This document shows, piece by piece, positions 22,037-36,299 of a stretch of DNA of 64,000 bases. Every line of letters starts with the position of its first letter. The stretch's first letter is position 1. Where the stretch lies: assembly GCA_051294905.1 (NCBI GenBank), contig CM119373.1:932001-996000 (forward strand). Direction: 5' to 3'. The notes under the pieces were generated by a model. It made no database searches and had not been told where the DNA came from. It saw only the letters and a list, made by a program, of their open reading frames with translations. Source of the stretch: Botryllus schlosseri. Lineage: Eukaryota. The translations under genes were made by a program, and so were the position numbers.

Positions 22037-22933
22037 CAGGCCGTGTTATTTTTGGCATTTCAGGAGCCAGATGCCAAAACTGCCAAAAATAAAAATTTGA
22101 AAATGCCAAAAATAACGAATTTTTGGCATATGCCAAAAATAACACGGCTTGCCAAATAGTGTATTTCGTTCATGGTGTTGTGTTAACAGGACTGAATTAC
22201 AAGCGAGAAGAGCGTGTGTGAAGGGCAGGTATGTTACTATATGGGTCCAGCCCACCCATTAGGGAGAAAGCGTGGTGTCCTAAATGGTGTGGGCACAGCG
22301 AGATTAAACGGCTGACTGCACTTGGTTTACGTCATACTTTCCATTCGTCCAAAGGCAATTTTACGGCCATTTTTGACCAGCTTGCCGAGCGCTAAATTTG
22401 ATAAAACGGGTATCAATGGAAAGCTTCCGCTGTACTGATTACTAGAATATAAATTGTATTCTGCTCATGGATCTGGAACCCCCAAATTTCGTTTGGTGAA
22501 AAATTAATTCAGGAGAAACTTTGCTGACCTAAGTTTGGAAGCACTGTTACAGTGCAAACAATTTGAGTCTATTCAGAAGCGGTAACAATCAGGTGTTTAT
22601 CGTGTATGTTAGGCTTCTCATTCTTTTTGCTTATTGGCACCGATTCCGAATGGATACTGCACATTTTGTAGTTTCGTTTGATATTATGAACCTATGTAAT
22701 CACTAGGTTTTTCCTTCTTATTATTGTTTGTTGGTACTGATTATTAGTGGATGCTGCACATTTTTTGGTCTCTTTTGATAAACTGACCCAAATAAAGCGT
22801 TTTTATGACTAATTCGAGTCTGAAAATATCTATTTAGAGGTCGATGCCAAAACTGCCAAAAATAAAAATTGAAAAATGCCAAAAATAAGCTATTTTTGGC
22901 AGTTTTGGCATATGCCAAAAATAACACGGCCTG
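22037..22933 (+). mobile_element. hAT MITE, shorter inverted sister of 9117-10457
   Basis: Same TIRs; perfect TSD CATATACG at 22029-22036 and 22934-22941; lacks ~460 bp of transposase remnant. Confidence 0.9.
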
Positions 22934-24955
22934 CATATACGAGAAATCAAACGGTGGTCAGCCCAGGATATCACGTGATACATCCGTTACGTGTGTACCG
23001 CAAAATTATGCGCTTTAGTGGGTAAATTTTGATTTATGGCTGGAAAATTTTATGGGCAACTGGCAACTGCCCTCAGATCTGAAATTCCTGGTGTTTTACC
23101 TGGCCTGTTGTGATAAACTGAAATTTGATGATTTTATGTTTGTGTGAGTATATCACCAAAGCAGGATTTTAAGTGATTTTAAATGTCTAGCTAGGGTACA
23201 GTGAGTTTCGATGTAGAAACTTGGGCATATGATACTATATTGCCTAGGCCCTGCCGCCCAGGTAAGACTAAACTCCTAGTCGTTTCGTTCGGCATCTTCC
23301 TGTCATTCATTGTATTTCTGTCTTTTGATGTTTTGGAGTGATGAAATTTTATGAGTAAACTTGAACTTGAACGTCTTCCGGACCGGGTGTATACTGTGTA
23401 CCGTAGTCTACCGTACTTTCTTATCCACAAAGATATCAACACCACGAATCAGTACTCCCATGATCACGTCAAAATTTATGGCATTTACAATCGGTTTACG
23501 ATTAGGGATTAGGTTGACATGTCATAATATTATGGTAAGGGCTTGGTTGGGGCCACATAAAATTAGGGTTTAGGTTTAGGATTAGGATTCATTAGCTCAC
23601 AAAATTCTCAGAAGTTTCAGTGCCAGCACGGCACACAGTTATGAGTTCAATAATAATTTCATTTCAAAACACCACAAGACTGCGATATACAATGAAAGAC
23701 AAGTGTCAAAACGACTTGGACCAGTTGGTTTTTGAAATCAGTCACCCACCTGGGCCTAGAGTCAAGGTTTGGGAATCATATCTCTGTCTAATGGATGCAC
23801 TCCGTTCATTCATTTTGACTGAATAAGACAGTTGGTCATGGGTTGTATAATAAGGTAGTAAATAAGGTGTGGATAAGAAAGTTGACTAGACCCTAGTTGG
23901 GTTCTAGTTGTTTTCTTCTAAATCTTACTTCATGAATGGTGTAAAAGTAATCAATTCATCTTATATTGCCGTTTGCCACTTTGTGGCTATGTGAACAATT
24001 AACATAGCTCTTGTATATTAATTAAAATATGTAAGACAGACGGACATTTATGGATTCGTCAGTAATAAATTTTACTGAAGGTGACGATATGACCTATGAA
24101 GGCCTTGTTACTCGTCAACCTCCATGACTGAAGTGGGCTAATACTGTACTAATTTTTAAAATGTATATAACGGGACAGTCTGCAATAGAAGAAAATTATG
24201 GACACAAATATGTAACAAAGACAGTAGCCATGGTAACGTACTATATAAAGCAATATGAAATCAATAAGTACCGCAGTATAATATAGAAAGACTCTCAGAT
24301 GATATTGTCATTTGCAAAAAGGTAATCCAAGTTGTGAGTTTTGAATTCATGCTTCATTCTTCGATATTGTCAAGTACGCTATTGCAAATATTTGGGCCCA
24401 TATAGTCAATAGACTGTTAGGTCTGTCTAGATACCCATGCACAGTACAAGATTGCTAAAACAAGGTGGTATTAAAGTAAGGGGGTGGGGGTATTGGCGTC
24501 TGTAAATTTATGCATCAGGTTGGCTAGTTCATAATTATACAAATTGTAAACAAGAGAGACTACCAGGAGTTGGCGACAAAATACGGATATCTTTATCCAG
24601 AATTCAATCTCTCAAGTTGTAATAGTTGTATCGCATTAAACTTCTAATATATTTTAAAGCAACTTTTTGTCTCCTGGAAGTGTGCCGCGAGTGGCTATGC
24701 GCCTCAACCTGAAAAAGATTAGAAAGTGAATATAATATATTTAGGCAATCCGATTCTATGAGATACGTTAACACCAGACTTTGACAACTAAAATTTTTAT
24801 TTAGATCGTCAACATTTCGCTCAAATTAGTCTCAACAGCCAACTAGAATTATGTAATTGTCCATATCTGCCTGCTTAGCACATTGTATATATAATATGTA
24901 TGTTTTTATTACCCTCATTGCAGAATGACTTGAGTTGATAACAACCTTACGAGTT

Positions 24956-25601
24956 ATGCACTCAAGTGGGTTACTTGTTCTCTCATCTCATGTATCGGCA
25001 CTATGCAAGGGTGACGTGCTATCAAAGATTCTGAAAAATGCCAAGAAGCTGGTCAACTCTACGTTGTACGTTCACCTGAACAATGCCCATGCACCGCTCG
25101 GAGAGAACGCAAATTACTCTTGCCTACGTGACACCTTATCAAGGGGAATAGTAGCGCAACAAAATGCGGGTAACGCATTCCACGCAGATATGCTACCGTT
25201 TGTTGCAAAGTTCTATTCTGAAGCTTCTATTCTTTGCAACAACATTGATGTGAACCTGCTTCTACATAACATTGGCACTGATGCCAATGCACCGACAAAT
25301 CAATTCAACACCCCAATTAACTGCATCTTGATTGATCATCCAGCACCAAATCATTCGTTTTTGAGAGATTTTGTGGCATCAAGTCTTTGTGTTTGTGATA
25401 ATGACTCAAGGAACACAGTATTCTCAACTCCTGTGTACAGTGTGCTGGAGGATTTACAAATTCATGGGTCAGAGGAAGAATCATCTATGATTGGAAAATA
25501 TGATGCTACTGTCATAGGAGGCACTTTTGACCGCATTCATCATGGTCATAAGGTGCTAATGAGTGAAGCGATACTTCTTGCAAGGAGAAAGATTGTTATC
25601 G
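24956..25601 (+). CDS. COASY: COASY coding exon 1 (N-terminal region and PPAT HxGH motif)
   Basis: [29 protein letters not shown]; acceptor at 24923, donor GTAAG at 25602. Confidence 0.9.
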
Positions 25602-28600
25602 GTAAGGGATACCGGTACTTACATTAAAGGCATAGGCTTGCAAAGTAGCGCCCTTCAAAAAGAACTTCAAAATAATCCCAGACATTCAATTTTATTACTG
25701 TGTTGTGCACAATAGCGGTGTGCTAACTATATCTGTATCTCTTACTGTTAATTTATCAATGTGTATTAGGTCTGTTCCAAATTAACTTTGAAACAATTTG
25801 ATGCGGTACCGTAGCCAATATAATTTTAATAATTTTTATTACTACCTACTTCAAATGAATCCAACAATTTCTTCTAATACCAATGCCTCCACGGGTTGGA
25901 ATTGAGCCAAATTCAGTGTGTAACTTTTTATAGGAAACCTAACAATTTTATCGAGTAGCTCGTAAAATTAATAACAGGTATTTCTGAACACATAAATTAG
26001 CAGAATCTGCTTGAGATAGCCTACTTGAAGTTATATAATCTGAAGTTACTGTATACAATATTTTGTGGACAAAATAGTAATCAATTGTAATATGCAATGA
26101 GAAATCTTCCTGTGACCATAGGTGAAAAAATCAATATGATGCACACCTGCACTTATTCATGTGAAGATCACACAACTTAATTTCGAGTTACCTGATGATT
26201 TCCAAGATTTAGATTCTCATCTATTTTATTAAAAGCGCAGTTTTGATCATACTTAGACATCTAGATATTACTATTAGACTAATTAAAGCAAAATGTTGGT
26301 AATCTAATTCAAATCTAATTTCTGAAATGCTTATGCTATATATAATTTTAATTCTAATTAATTTCTGGTTTCCCGGAAAATTATACAGAACCTTAACCTA
26401 TGTTGCGAAACGAGCCAGGCTTACCATACAGACATATCCCGTTCTCATACTCGTGATAATGAACTCAGATTCATTCAGATTTGACATAAACTGAACTTCA
26501 TTCAATTACCAAATCTTTGCGAATTCAGTATGCCATTCAATCTAATTACGAAAAGCCTGTGTAGCTATAACTCTGATCAAATTTAGAAAAGCTGTATCTT
26601 TTCTAGTTGTCCGAATTTGGTGTCGATTTCATGATAGTCTGTGTTCAAGTGTCTAGCGTGGTAATTTATGGTGAATAGTAGTGACTAGTGACTGCATCAT
26701 ATGAATTACGCACTATTAGATGATAGGTGTATGCGAAAAGCATGATTTTGTGAGGAGTGTAACTCGGTCATCAGGTTGAATTTAGAAAAATATTTTGGAT
26801 TTCCCCATGATAATGACAGAAGAATCAATGTGCCAAATTTCATAGCCATCCATTAACCTTGGTTCTCATCTGAAAATAAATTTGCTCATTTGGCAGGAAA
26901 TTAACAGGAGACTTGAATATCTGTTATCTGGTAGCCTAGTGGCCAATCCTTACTTTTATATGCTTAACACATGACTGCAGGAGTCAATTCATAAGACATG
27001 AAAGTTGTGACAATGCCAGAAGCAGTGTGTTGGCTCTGTGAAATATGGAAAGCCACACAACCAACAGTGATTGATAAGCTCAGCCAATATGTGTATTCTG
27101 GTTATAGAATAATCCATCGATATCCCTGTGCAAGCAAAAATAGACACAGTATTCTTTATGGGTTCAATACACTTGTTATTTACTACAACACAGATAATTC
27201 TTGGACCAAACGAAACATGACAAGCTGATGCTAAAACGCTAGGAGCAATACAACAGTGTGACTACTGTATCAAATAATATTTCTGTCGATTTCGCATTCA
27301 TAGTTAGTTATTGGTTGGTGTGACTGAATTCGTTTGTATAATCTGTACACTAGTAATTTAGGCCTATCTATATTCTAAATCCCTCCATCCTATTTTAGGT
27401 GTTTCAGACGGACCACTCCTTGAAAGAAAAACTTTAAAAGAACTCATTCAACCTGTTGAAGATCGAAAAACGTCCTTAAAATGTTTTATCAGATTTGTTG
27501 CCAGGTATATATGCTTTTGTACTGTCTCCAATATATTCATATTTGATGAACTGTACTTTAGAATCCTGTTGATCGTTAGCACCAAAAATAAGTAACAAGT
27601 GATTGTTAATACTGCTATAACTCTTGGCAGTGAAATAATCAAGTGATCTATGTGCCAAATATTTCCAATAAAATGTTGGTTGCATGAAAACTCATTGTTG
27701 CAGTATAAGGTTCTTCCAAACAGCTTAAAACACAATACTACATAACTTGTGAGCATTTAGGAAGCTGCTGGAAGCTTTTGAAAAACTTGCCCCATATCAC
27801 TAGTCATAGTCGATCAATGTGCTACGAATTTGGTCAAATAAGCATCATTAGCAGCACATCACACTATTAGACAGCTAGCTTAGGCCGATACATACCTAAC
27901 GGAATAGTGAATATGAATATGGTAATAATGAATATGGTATGATTTTATTATCAGGCCGGATCTCGAGCTTCATTTGGAAACGATCACAGACCCGTATGGA
28001 CCGTCGATCACTGTGCCTGATTTGGACGTCATCTTAGTCAGCAAGGAGACGGAGAAGGGCGGGCATTTGGTGAACGCGAAACGGAAGGAAAGGGGATTGT
28101 CGCAGCTGAAAGTTCATGTTATCGGACAGGGTAAATTGTTGCTTGAATTCTCCTTACATGGGATCCATTGCACTAGTTAAGAGTTGAACATGCTACTGGA
28201 TTTTTGAAATGCGCATCAAGAACCGTTAACTTTTCTAACTGAAACTGGAACTAGCACTGCCGGTACTCATTTTTCAAAACTGGCAAGTGGAACTACCGTA
28301 ATTTTCCATGTATAATCTGCAAAATTTTCACGATTTTTTGCCCTAAAATAGGGGGGGGTGCGTATTATACATGGGTACAACAAACCTTGAAAAAAATCTC
28401 CCTCGATAAAAAACTTGAAATCACACCTATCTTCATGTTTGTTTCCAATCGTGCATCACTTTCAGCCATCGCGCGTAGTAATTATTGGGAAGAGTGTTGC
28501 AAATTAACGAGAGTCGTGTGCACAAGCACGCGATCTCCTGCTGAGTTGGTTTGCCATTTGTACGCGAGCGAAATTAGGTCACTAATAGACACTCGCGTGC

Positions 28601-31600
28601 ATCAATTCTCGCCAATTCATCGCGTCAAGGACAAGCCCGAACAATCGCATATGCAATTTAAACATACACAAGAGGCCATGTGCGCAAGATATAATCGCTT
28701 GCGTAATCAGTCGCATCTCCAACAGACCTGTTGCGCATGACATAACCGTTAGCCTAGGCGCAATCGCATCTGTAATAGGCATTGTGCGCAAGATGTCGGT
28801 TCGTTGGCCTAAACTAACTCGCCGCCGGCCTCGCAGGCTTTGGCTGCTATCTACTATCGTTTAGAGACAATGCCGTTAATTGTATAATGATTAGCAATCA
28901 CATCTGTAAAAGGTCTCCTCGTGCTCAAGATGTCGTGTCGCTAGCCTGAACTATCGTGCCGCCCGCCTCGTAGGCTTTGGCTGCTATCTACTGTCGTTTA
29001 AAGACAATCCCGCTAATTGTATAATGATTAGCGATCGTTGTGTAATGATTGTTCAAGAGTGACATCGCAAAACAGAATGACAGCGAATACAAATCGGAAC
29101 TATTCATGTACTGAAATGCAGGGTGCGTACTATACATGGGTACAGGCTTTTTCCCGGAATTTACATGCTATTTTAGGGGTGCGTTTTATACATGGGGGCG
29201 TACTATACTTGGAAAATTACGGTACTCAATTATCAAAGCTCGCGTCTAGTACTAGAACTACTCAATTTTAAAAATAACTCAGTTTTCAAAACTTGAAACT
29301 AGAACTATAGCCTACAATCATCAAAATTAGCAGCTAGAACTACTCAATTATCAAACCTTGCAACGACTTTTGAAAATACTCGACTAAAAGACAAGTAACT
29401 GGATTTAATTCAGAGGTAGCTTATTAATTATTGGAATCAGATCAGTTTTCTCATGAACGTCACTACCGTACGAGTTCAAAATGCCTACCCACCAAGCCTG
29501 TGGCTACAGGACCATCACCACCATCACCATCTAGGAATAGTACGTTGAGCTTGAGTGCTCTCTCTGCCCCGGTTATTCCAAATTTCATGCCAGAGTGATG
29601 CCATATTTCATGATACAATTGTTGATATACGATGTTCTTTCCTATTCTTTAACTAGTTGCTGACTATTAACCCCTGATGAGTGTCAGCCGAAAATATTCA
29701 GGTTCATTTCAATATCAATAGCCTATACTACTCCATTGTGTATTGAAGAATTTCTTCAAATAATTGTAATTCTAGTGTAATCTGAAAAAAAATGTATCGC
29801 TATAATTGTAATCCTAATCTAATTTGTTAAAAATATAATCCTTATTCTCGTCTCAATTGTAAGAAATGATTGTTTAGGAATAATTTTATTTCTAGTATAA
29901 TTTGGGATAAAATGTGTCGCTGTAATTCTAATTCTGGTCTAATTTCAAGAAATGAACTATAGCTATAATTGTAATCCTAATCTAACTGAAAAAAAACCGT
30001 AGCTATAATTCTAATTCTAGTCTGATTTGGAAAATAACTGTGAAGCTGCACGATAATTCTAATTTTAGTCTAATTCTAATCCTAATTTGAAAAATAACTG
30101 TAGGGCCTATAGCTAGTATTCTCATTCTAAACTAATTTGGAACAAACTGCACAGCTATAATTCTAGTTCTGGTCTTATTGGAAAAAAGATAACTGTGTAG
30201 CTATAATTCTAATCAAATTTATGAAAAAACGCGACTATAAATTATAGCCCATATTTTTGATGACTCGAGTCATTTTCTCTCAATATGGCAATGAGTCGAA
30301 CCAATTCATATTAGTCGAGACTCAGACGGCCAAGTCCGACATTTCATTATCATTTCGAAGAACAGTAAAGTGACCGCGCTATTGGGATTTTTTCCGTTGT
30401 TACTGGTACTTCGAAATGCGACCAGATACTGCTAAAAGTGAGTATATTATAAATGCGAACTATTCGATATCAACGGAACAGAGTCATGAAAAGTGGGTTT
30501 AACAACTTTAACTGACTTAGATTCCGACTTGAGTCATAAGGCTATGACTTGGACTTGACCCTCTGCTCCATGACTTGAACTCGGACTTGACTCGGTGGTG
30601 ATTTGAAAATGACTCGACTTGACTCGAGTCAAAACTATAAGAGTGAGTTCGACTTGTGTATGACTCGCAGTCTTGTGACTTGATTTCTGAACTTAATTTT
30701 ATTCGGAAGAACTGAAAATTTTCTAGTTTCTTAACTCTGCACCCAGGTAACCTATTTGTCCATCCCTATCCCTGACCCAGATACACTCGATTCTGACCAG
30801 TAATTTATTTTGCGTAGGTACCTTGCTCGGAGAAACAGAAAATGCAATCGACGATATTCCATTCGAAGAAATAAAAGTCAGTTCGTCCAGTGTCAGATTC
30901 AATCTGCTCGGTACGCTGTTGAAGCCTGCGAGAACGCCGACACACGATTTCATTCCCGAGTCTCTGCCTAAGCCTTACGTAATCGGTTTGACCGGGGGTA
31001 TAGCTTCCGGGAAATCGTCAATAGCCAAAAGACTTGAAAACCTGGGTGCAATCGTTATTGACTGCGACAAGCTAGGACATCAATCTTACTTGCCCGGCTC
31101 GAGGGCAAATCTTGAGATAGCCAAACATTTCGGCAGTGATATCGTGGACGATAACGGAGTGATTAATCGGAGAGCTCTGGGGGAGAGAGTGTTTTCCGAT
31201 AAGCGGGAAATGGACAAGTTAAATTCTATCGTGTGGCCAGAGATAGAATCGTTATGCAAGAAGGAGATTGTCACGTCTGTAGAGGTATGTGCGTTGATCG
31301 ATTCTTTCCTTTAGTGGTATTGACAATATGCAACATTGTACACTAGGGGTGTTCAGAAATGACTTTACCTCTCAAATTGTACTGGCTTTTGTTAGGTTAC
31401 CTAATTGAAGCCTGCACACAAAATTTGGTTAATTTCCAACCAGTAGCCGCATTGCTACAGGAGACGAAAGTTTTTTATTTATTATTAAAAAAATATATAT
31501 ATAAAAAAATTTCAAAATTTTTTGTTCACCCCATGAAAGTGTTAGGTTGTCTATAGAAACGATGTCCACCAAATTTGGCTCAATTCCAACCAGCGGAAGC

Positions 31601-34600
31601 GGAGTTATTGATGTAGAAGAATTTGGATTTGAATAAAATAGTATTTACGGTGGGCACAACTATAATATATAATTAAAGAATTGGTCACCGTAAATGCTAT
31701 TTTATTAAATTATAAAAACCGAACAATTTCATGAGGTGAACAGAAAATTTTGAGTTTGTAATCTTTATTTTTAGATGATAAATAAAAAACCTTCTTCTGC
31801 TGTAGCAATGCGGCAACTGGTTGGAATTTGTCCAAATTTGGTGTGCAGTCTTCAATTAGGTAACCTAACAATTTTATCGAGTAGCCAGTACAATTTGAGA
31901 GGAAAACTCATTTTTGAACCCCCTTACTGTACACTAAGGTTGTTGAAAATTTTTACCTCAAGTTTTTGCTCGGTATGCGATAAAATTGTTTGGTGCATAT
32001 AAACGCTGCACACCAAATTTTGCTCAATTCTAACGTGTAGACTGTAGAAGCAAAGTTGGTGTTTGGATATGAAATGATAATATTCGCGGCGGCTAATTAA
32101 AGAATTTCCCACTGGAAATGCCATCCTCTACAAATTCAAAATCTTGTACTACAATAAATTCGCCTCTACTGGTTGGAAATAAAACAAATTTGCTATGCGC
32201 GTTTTTTGAGGCAACCTGACAATTTTAACAATTATCCAGAGGAATTTGAAAAAAAAAATTTTTTTCAAGATGGGGTGGGCAGTCAAATTAAAAAAATAAT
32301 AATAATAATTCGGAGTTTTTTTTCACTCTTAAAGCTCATATTTGAAATGAGCCATGTTTCCTCTAATTTTTGACGAGTCAGCGCACGCTCACCGAATCAC
32401 TGCACTTGGACAACAGTGCGTAACGACTGAAAAAGGTCATCGCTCCGAATTTTTTGTGCGGAACGTCGATTTCCTGTGCACAGAGACCGAGTCAGCCCTG
32501 CGCACGTGCGCAGCTTAGAGGAAACATTGGAGATGAGTCAAATCGGTGCGCAACAATTAAAATTAGAAAGTATACTTATTTTTGGACAACCCTATTTATC
32601 CTCTACGACACCTTAGCCCTGCTGTCAAGGTTTGAATTGTTTCCTGTTACCAAAATCTACACTCCTATAATACAGTAGCCTATATATACTCGATGATTCG
32701 ATTTTGCAGAGACATTCGCATCCAAACGCACCTGTGATTGTGCTGGACGCAGCCATATTACTGGAGGCAAAGTGGGACCGTCTCGTCCACGAAGTGTGGG
32801 TTGTCAATATCCCTGCTGCAGAAGCCACCGTCCGTATTATGGAGCGCAACCGTTTGTCGGAGGAAAGTGCAATAAAGAGAATCGGGTCTCAGACAAGTAA
32901 CAAAAGCAGAACGGAGCAAGCCAACGTCGTTCTCAGTACTCTGTGGGAGCCTTCTGTAACTCAGAAGTTGGTGAGATGCCGAGATATGCAATTATACGTA
33001 GAGCAGACTTCTAGAAAACCCTTCGCTTTTCGAAATTAGATTACAATTAGAACTACAGCTGCAAAGTTTTGTCAAATTAAACTAGAATTAGAATAATAAC
33101 TACCCAGTTTTTTCAAAATTAGAATAAAATTAGAATTATAGATGCAGGGTTAAAATGACTCGTGTCATGATTTTTTGGTGACTCGATTTGACTCGAGTCA
33201 TTTTCTGAAATGCGTAAAATGACTCGAGTCAAGTCAACTTTTGTGTGGACTGGACTTGCACTCGAGTCATTGTGCATGACTCGAACCAAGTCATTGACTC
33301 GAGACTAGGACGCCCAAGACATACATTTCATTGAAATTTCGAAGAATAGTAGGTTACCACATTATTGGTATTTCATCTATCAGTCCTGATACATGGAAAA
33401 TCGGGCTATAATCTGTTAAGACAGAGGAAAATGACTATATTACTAATTCGAGCCGTACTATATCAGTCGGGTAGAGTTGGAGAAAGTGGGTTGAACTGGC
33501 TTAAACTGAAAAGTGAACAGTGAACAAAATGACTTGGGCTCGGACTCGAGTCAAAACACCATGACTCGGACTCGGGCCTCTATTCGATGACTTGGACTCG
33601 GACTTGACTCGATGGTGAATTGAAAATGACTCGCTTTGACTCGAGTCGAAACTGTAAATGTGAGATTGACTTATGACTCAGAACCTTGTGACTTGGTTAC
33701 TAACTAGAATTAGAATTATAGCCATCCAATTTTTTTCCAAATTAGATTAAACTCAGAATTACAGCTATAGGTTTTTTTACGAATTAGATAAGAAATAGAA
33801 TTATAGCTGTAATTTCTTTCGAACTAGAGACTAGAATGTGAACTATGGCTACACCGTTACTTCCAAATTAGATTCAAATTAGAATTATTGCTGCATTTTT
33901 TCCAAATTAGATTAGAATTTAATTACAACTAAAGTAGATTAAAATTTAAATTACAGCTACAGTTTTTGTCAAACTAGACTAGAATTGAAATTGCAGCTAT
34001 AAAGTCTTTTTTTCCAAATCAAACTAGAATCAGAACTATGGCTGCACATCTATTTCAGTAGTAGATCAGAATTAAAGCCACACAGATATTTCCAAATTAG
34101 ATTAAAAGTATAGCTAGTTTTTTTCAAATTTGACTAGAATAAGAATTATAGCTAGTTTTCTTCGAAATTAGATGTAAAGGTAAAGGTAAGTAAAATTCCA
34201 GCTACCAAGTTTTTTCCAAATCTTAGAACGAGAACTATACCTACCCTGTTTTTCTTTAAATTAGATTAAAATTAGACTTAAGCTACAGTTCTTTTTTTGC
34301 AAATTAGATTAGAATTGAAGTTACAGCTACAAAGTTTTTTCCAAATCACACCAGAATGAAAGCTATAGCTACGCAGATATTTCGAAATTAGATTAAAATG
34401 GTAGCTGCATTTTTTCCAAATTATACGACTACAACAGAATAATAGCTACATGTGATTAGAAATATAGCTAGACATGTTTCTAAACTTGAATTAGAATTAC
34501 TGAATACGCGAAAACTTGTCACATCAAACCCAATAAGCATGAGATTGCTGAATGCTTGTACCGCAAACTTGGCCCATTTTGCACCGTACAATTTTCCTGT

Positions 34601-36299
34601 AGCATTTTCTGGAAAAACAGAAATTAGATTAGAATTAGAACATGAAAGAATTCCACAAATTAGATTAGAATTAGATCAGCGTTGTCTCGTTCTATCTAGT
34701 TGTCCAAGTCTGCTGCAATGTTCCCTTTAATTTTTACGAGTCTGCGCGCACTCACCAACGCACTGCGCAGTCCCTTGGATAAAAGTGCGTAACGACTAAA
34801 AAAAAGGTCATTACTTGGCTTTTTTTGTGCGCGCCACACATTCGTCGGATGTAGAGGGCCAGAACCCAATCGATATCGGACTTTTGAGTCGATACCAAGG
34901 TGCTAATGACCCGAGTCACAATTTTTGGAGATTCGACTTGAGTCAATTTGTGTATTAACTCAGTCATATCATGAGCCCGTTATAAGTATAGGGGTGCCAG
35001 GTAGACATCGTGCCTACTCTAGTACAAGTGGAAGTGACGATGTAAATTTACACTAGTACAAGTAGCAGTAGCAAATTCTAAGTAAATGAAAAAGTAAGTA
35101 TTTTATGCGTAGTTTTGCCTAAAAAACGGAAGTACATGTACTCCAACATCATGTCCACTTGAGGAAGTAGTGCAAGTCGTCAAAATCGACGTTATTATTT
35201 GACGAAGTAGGAAGTATTTCCACAGACAAGTGTGATAAGGGTTGTAACCAAGTCACAAGGCTCCGAGTCCGAAGTCAATCTCACTTTTGTAGTTCTGACT
35301 TGAGTCAAGTCGAGTCATTTTCAATACACCACCCAGTCAAGTACGAGTCCAAATCAGCATTCAGTCAGGGGGTCGAGTCCAAGTCATTGTGTTGACGGCT
35401 CAGTTTCCAGTTAAAGTCTTGTTAAACCCACTTTTTATGACTCTGTTAGGTGATATCAAATGGTTTGCATTCATAGTATATCAATTTTCCTCACTCTTAG
35501 CAGTTTCTGGTCGCGGTGAAATAATCAAGTTATCTATTTGCATATAGTGGCAAATATTTCCACTAAAAAGTTAGTTGCATGGAAAATCGTTAAAACTTGA
35601 AAAAGTTTCATAAAAAAGCAAAGAAGTTCCATGAAAAAATGACAAGCTGCAAAAAATGATTCCTTCAAACAGCTAAAAACACCATACTACATTACTTCTG
35701 AGTATTTAGGAAGCTGCCGGGAGCTGTAAAAATGTTGCAAAAACTTGCCCTAGTTATGACCTAAGACCATTTCTACTTAATAGACGACAGTTTTCAGTGT
35801 TTTACTCTTAACACTGCCTAGACTACTCACTTTATTACTTGGAAATCGCTTCTTCACTATACTATTTCTACTTATGTACCAACAATAATTCCCTGTCTGT
35901 AAAGTATTTAAAATGGATCAATATTTGCAGTCGCAGATGATAGAATCCCTATTACCATTTATCTCTTCACGTAAATAACCGATACTTCCTAGACTTTTCT
36001 CATGGCCGATACCGATTTTTCTTTCCAATGCTAATGTTGACTCGATATGATCAGCGAACCGATAATTATAATCAGTTGCGCTCTAGTCATGCAAGTCTTT
36101 TCCAAATAATTTAGGTTGCGTGGCTGTTTGCCTAATATTATCATTCTCCTCGTTCATGTGATGTCTCTGTTATGATCTGCATTTTTCCGCACTGCCAAAT
36201 ATTTGCTATCAAGTCAAATTCAACTTACAGGTCGAAAAGTCGTGGCAGGCTTTGCAAGAGAGGATATCGAAAAAAGACCCGGAAAAACCAAAGTTGTAG
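24956..36299 (+). CDS. COASY: Bifunctional coenzyme A synthase (phosphopantetheine adenylyltransferase + dephospho-CoA kinase), 6 coding exons
   Basis: Exons 24956-25601, 27399-27504, 27955-28130, 30818-31284, 32710-32970 and 36231-36299. All introns are GT-AG with compatible phases; total 1725 nt (574 aa). Motifs [55 protein letters not shown]. Confidence 0.95.
27399..27504 (+). CDS. COASY: COASY coding exon 2
   Basis: [29 protein letters not shown]..|GTAT; not in the ORF track. Confidence 0.9.
27955..28130 (+). CDS. COASY: COASY coding exon 3
   Basis: [48 protein letters not shown]. Confidence 0.92.
28296..29222. mobile_element. Tc1/mariner-superfamily (pogo/Tc2-like) MITE in a COASY intron
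   Basis: TA|CCGTAATTTTCCA..TGGAAAATTACGG|TA; internal ~120-bp tandem duplication at ~28785-29035. Confidence 0.8.
29755..30247. repeat. Degenerate ~40-bp tandem array (GCTATAATTCTAATTCTAGTCTAATTTG..)
   Basis: Repeated AATTCTA/GCTATA units; the inverted counterpart is at 33030-34690. Confidence 0.75.
30818..31284 (+). CDS. COASY: COASY coding exon 4 (dephospho-CoA kinase P-loop)
   Basis: [55 protein letters not shown]. Confidence 0.95.
31344..31926. mobile_element. hAT-type MITE with long imperfect inverted arms (TAGGG family)
   Basis: TAGGGGTGTTCA..TGAACCCCCTTA; flanks TTGTACAC/CTGTACAC. A related element follows directly (~31935-32594). Confidence 0.65.
32710..32970 (+). CDS. COASY: COASY coding exon 5
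   Basis: [49 protein letters not shown]. Confidence 0.93.
33030..34690. repeat. Degenerate ~40-bp tandem array (AAATTAGATTAGAATT..AGCT) with an embedded GACTCGAGTC-family MITE (~33145-33700)
   Basis: Long run of ATTAGA/AGCTAC units; reverse complement of the 29755-30247 array. Confidence 0.75.
36231..36299 (+). CDS. COASY: COASY terminal coding exon
   Basis: [28 protein letters not shown]; matches the V.K.W..L ending of this family; not in the ORF track. Confidence 0.85.
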   Translation, partial: VEKSWQALQERISKKDPEKPKL

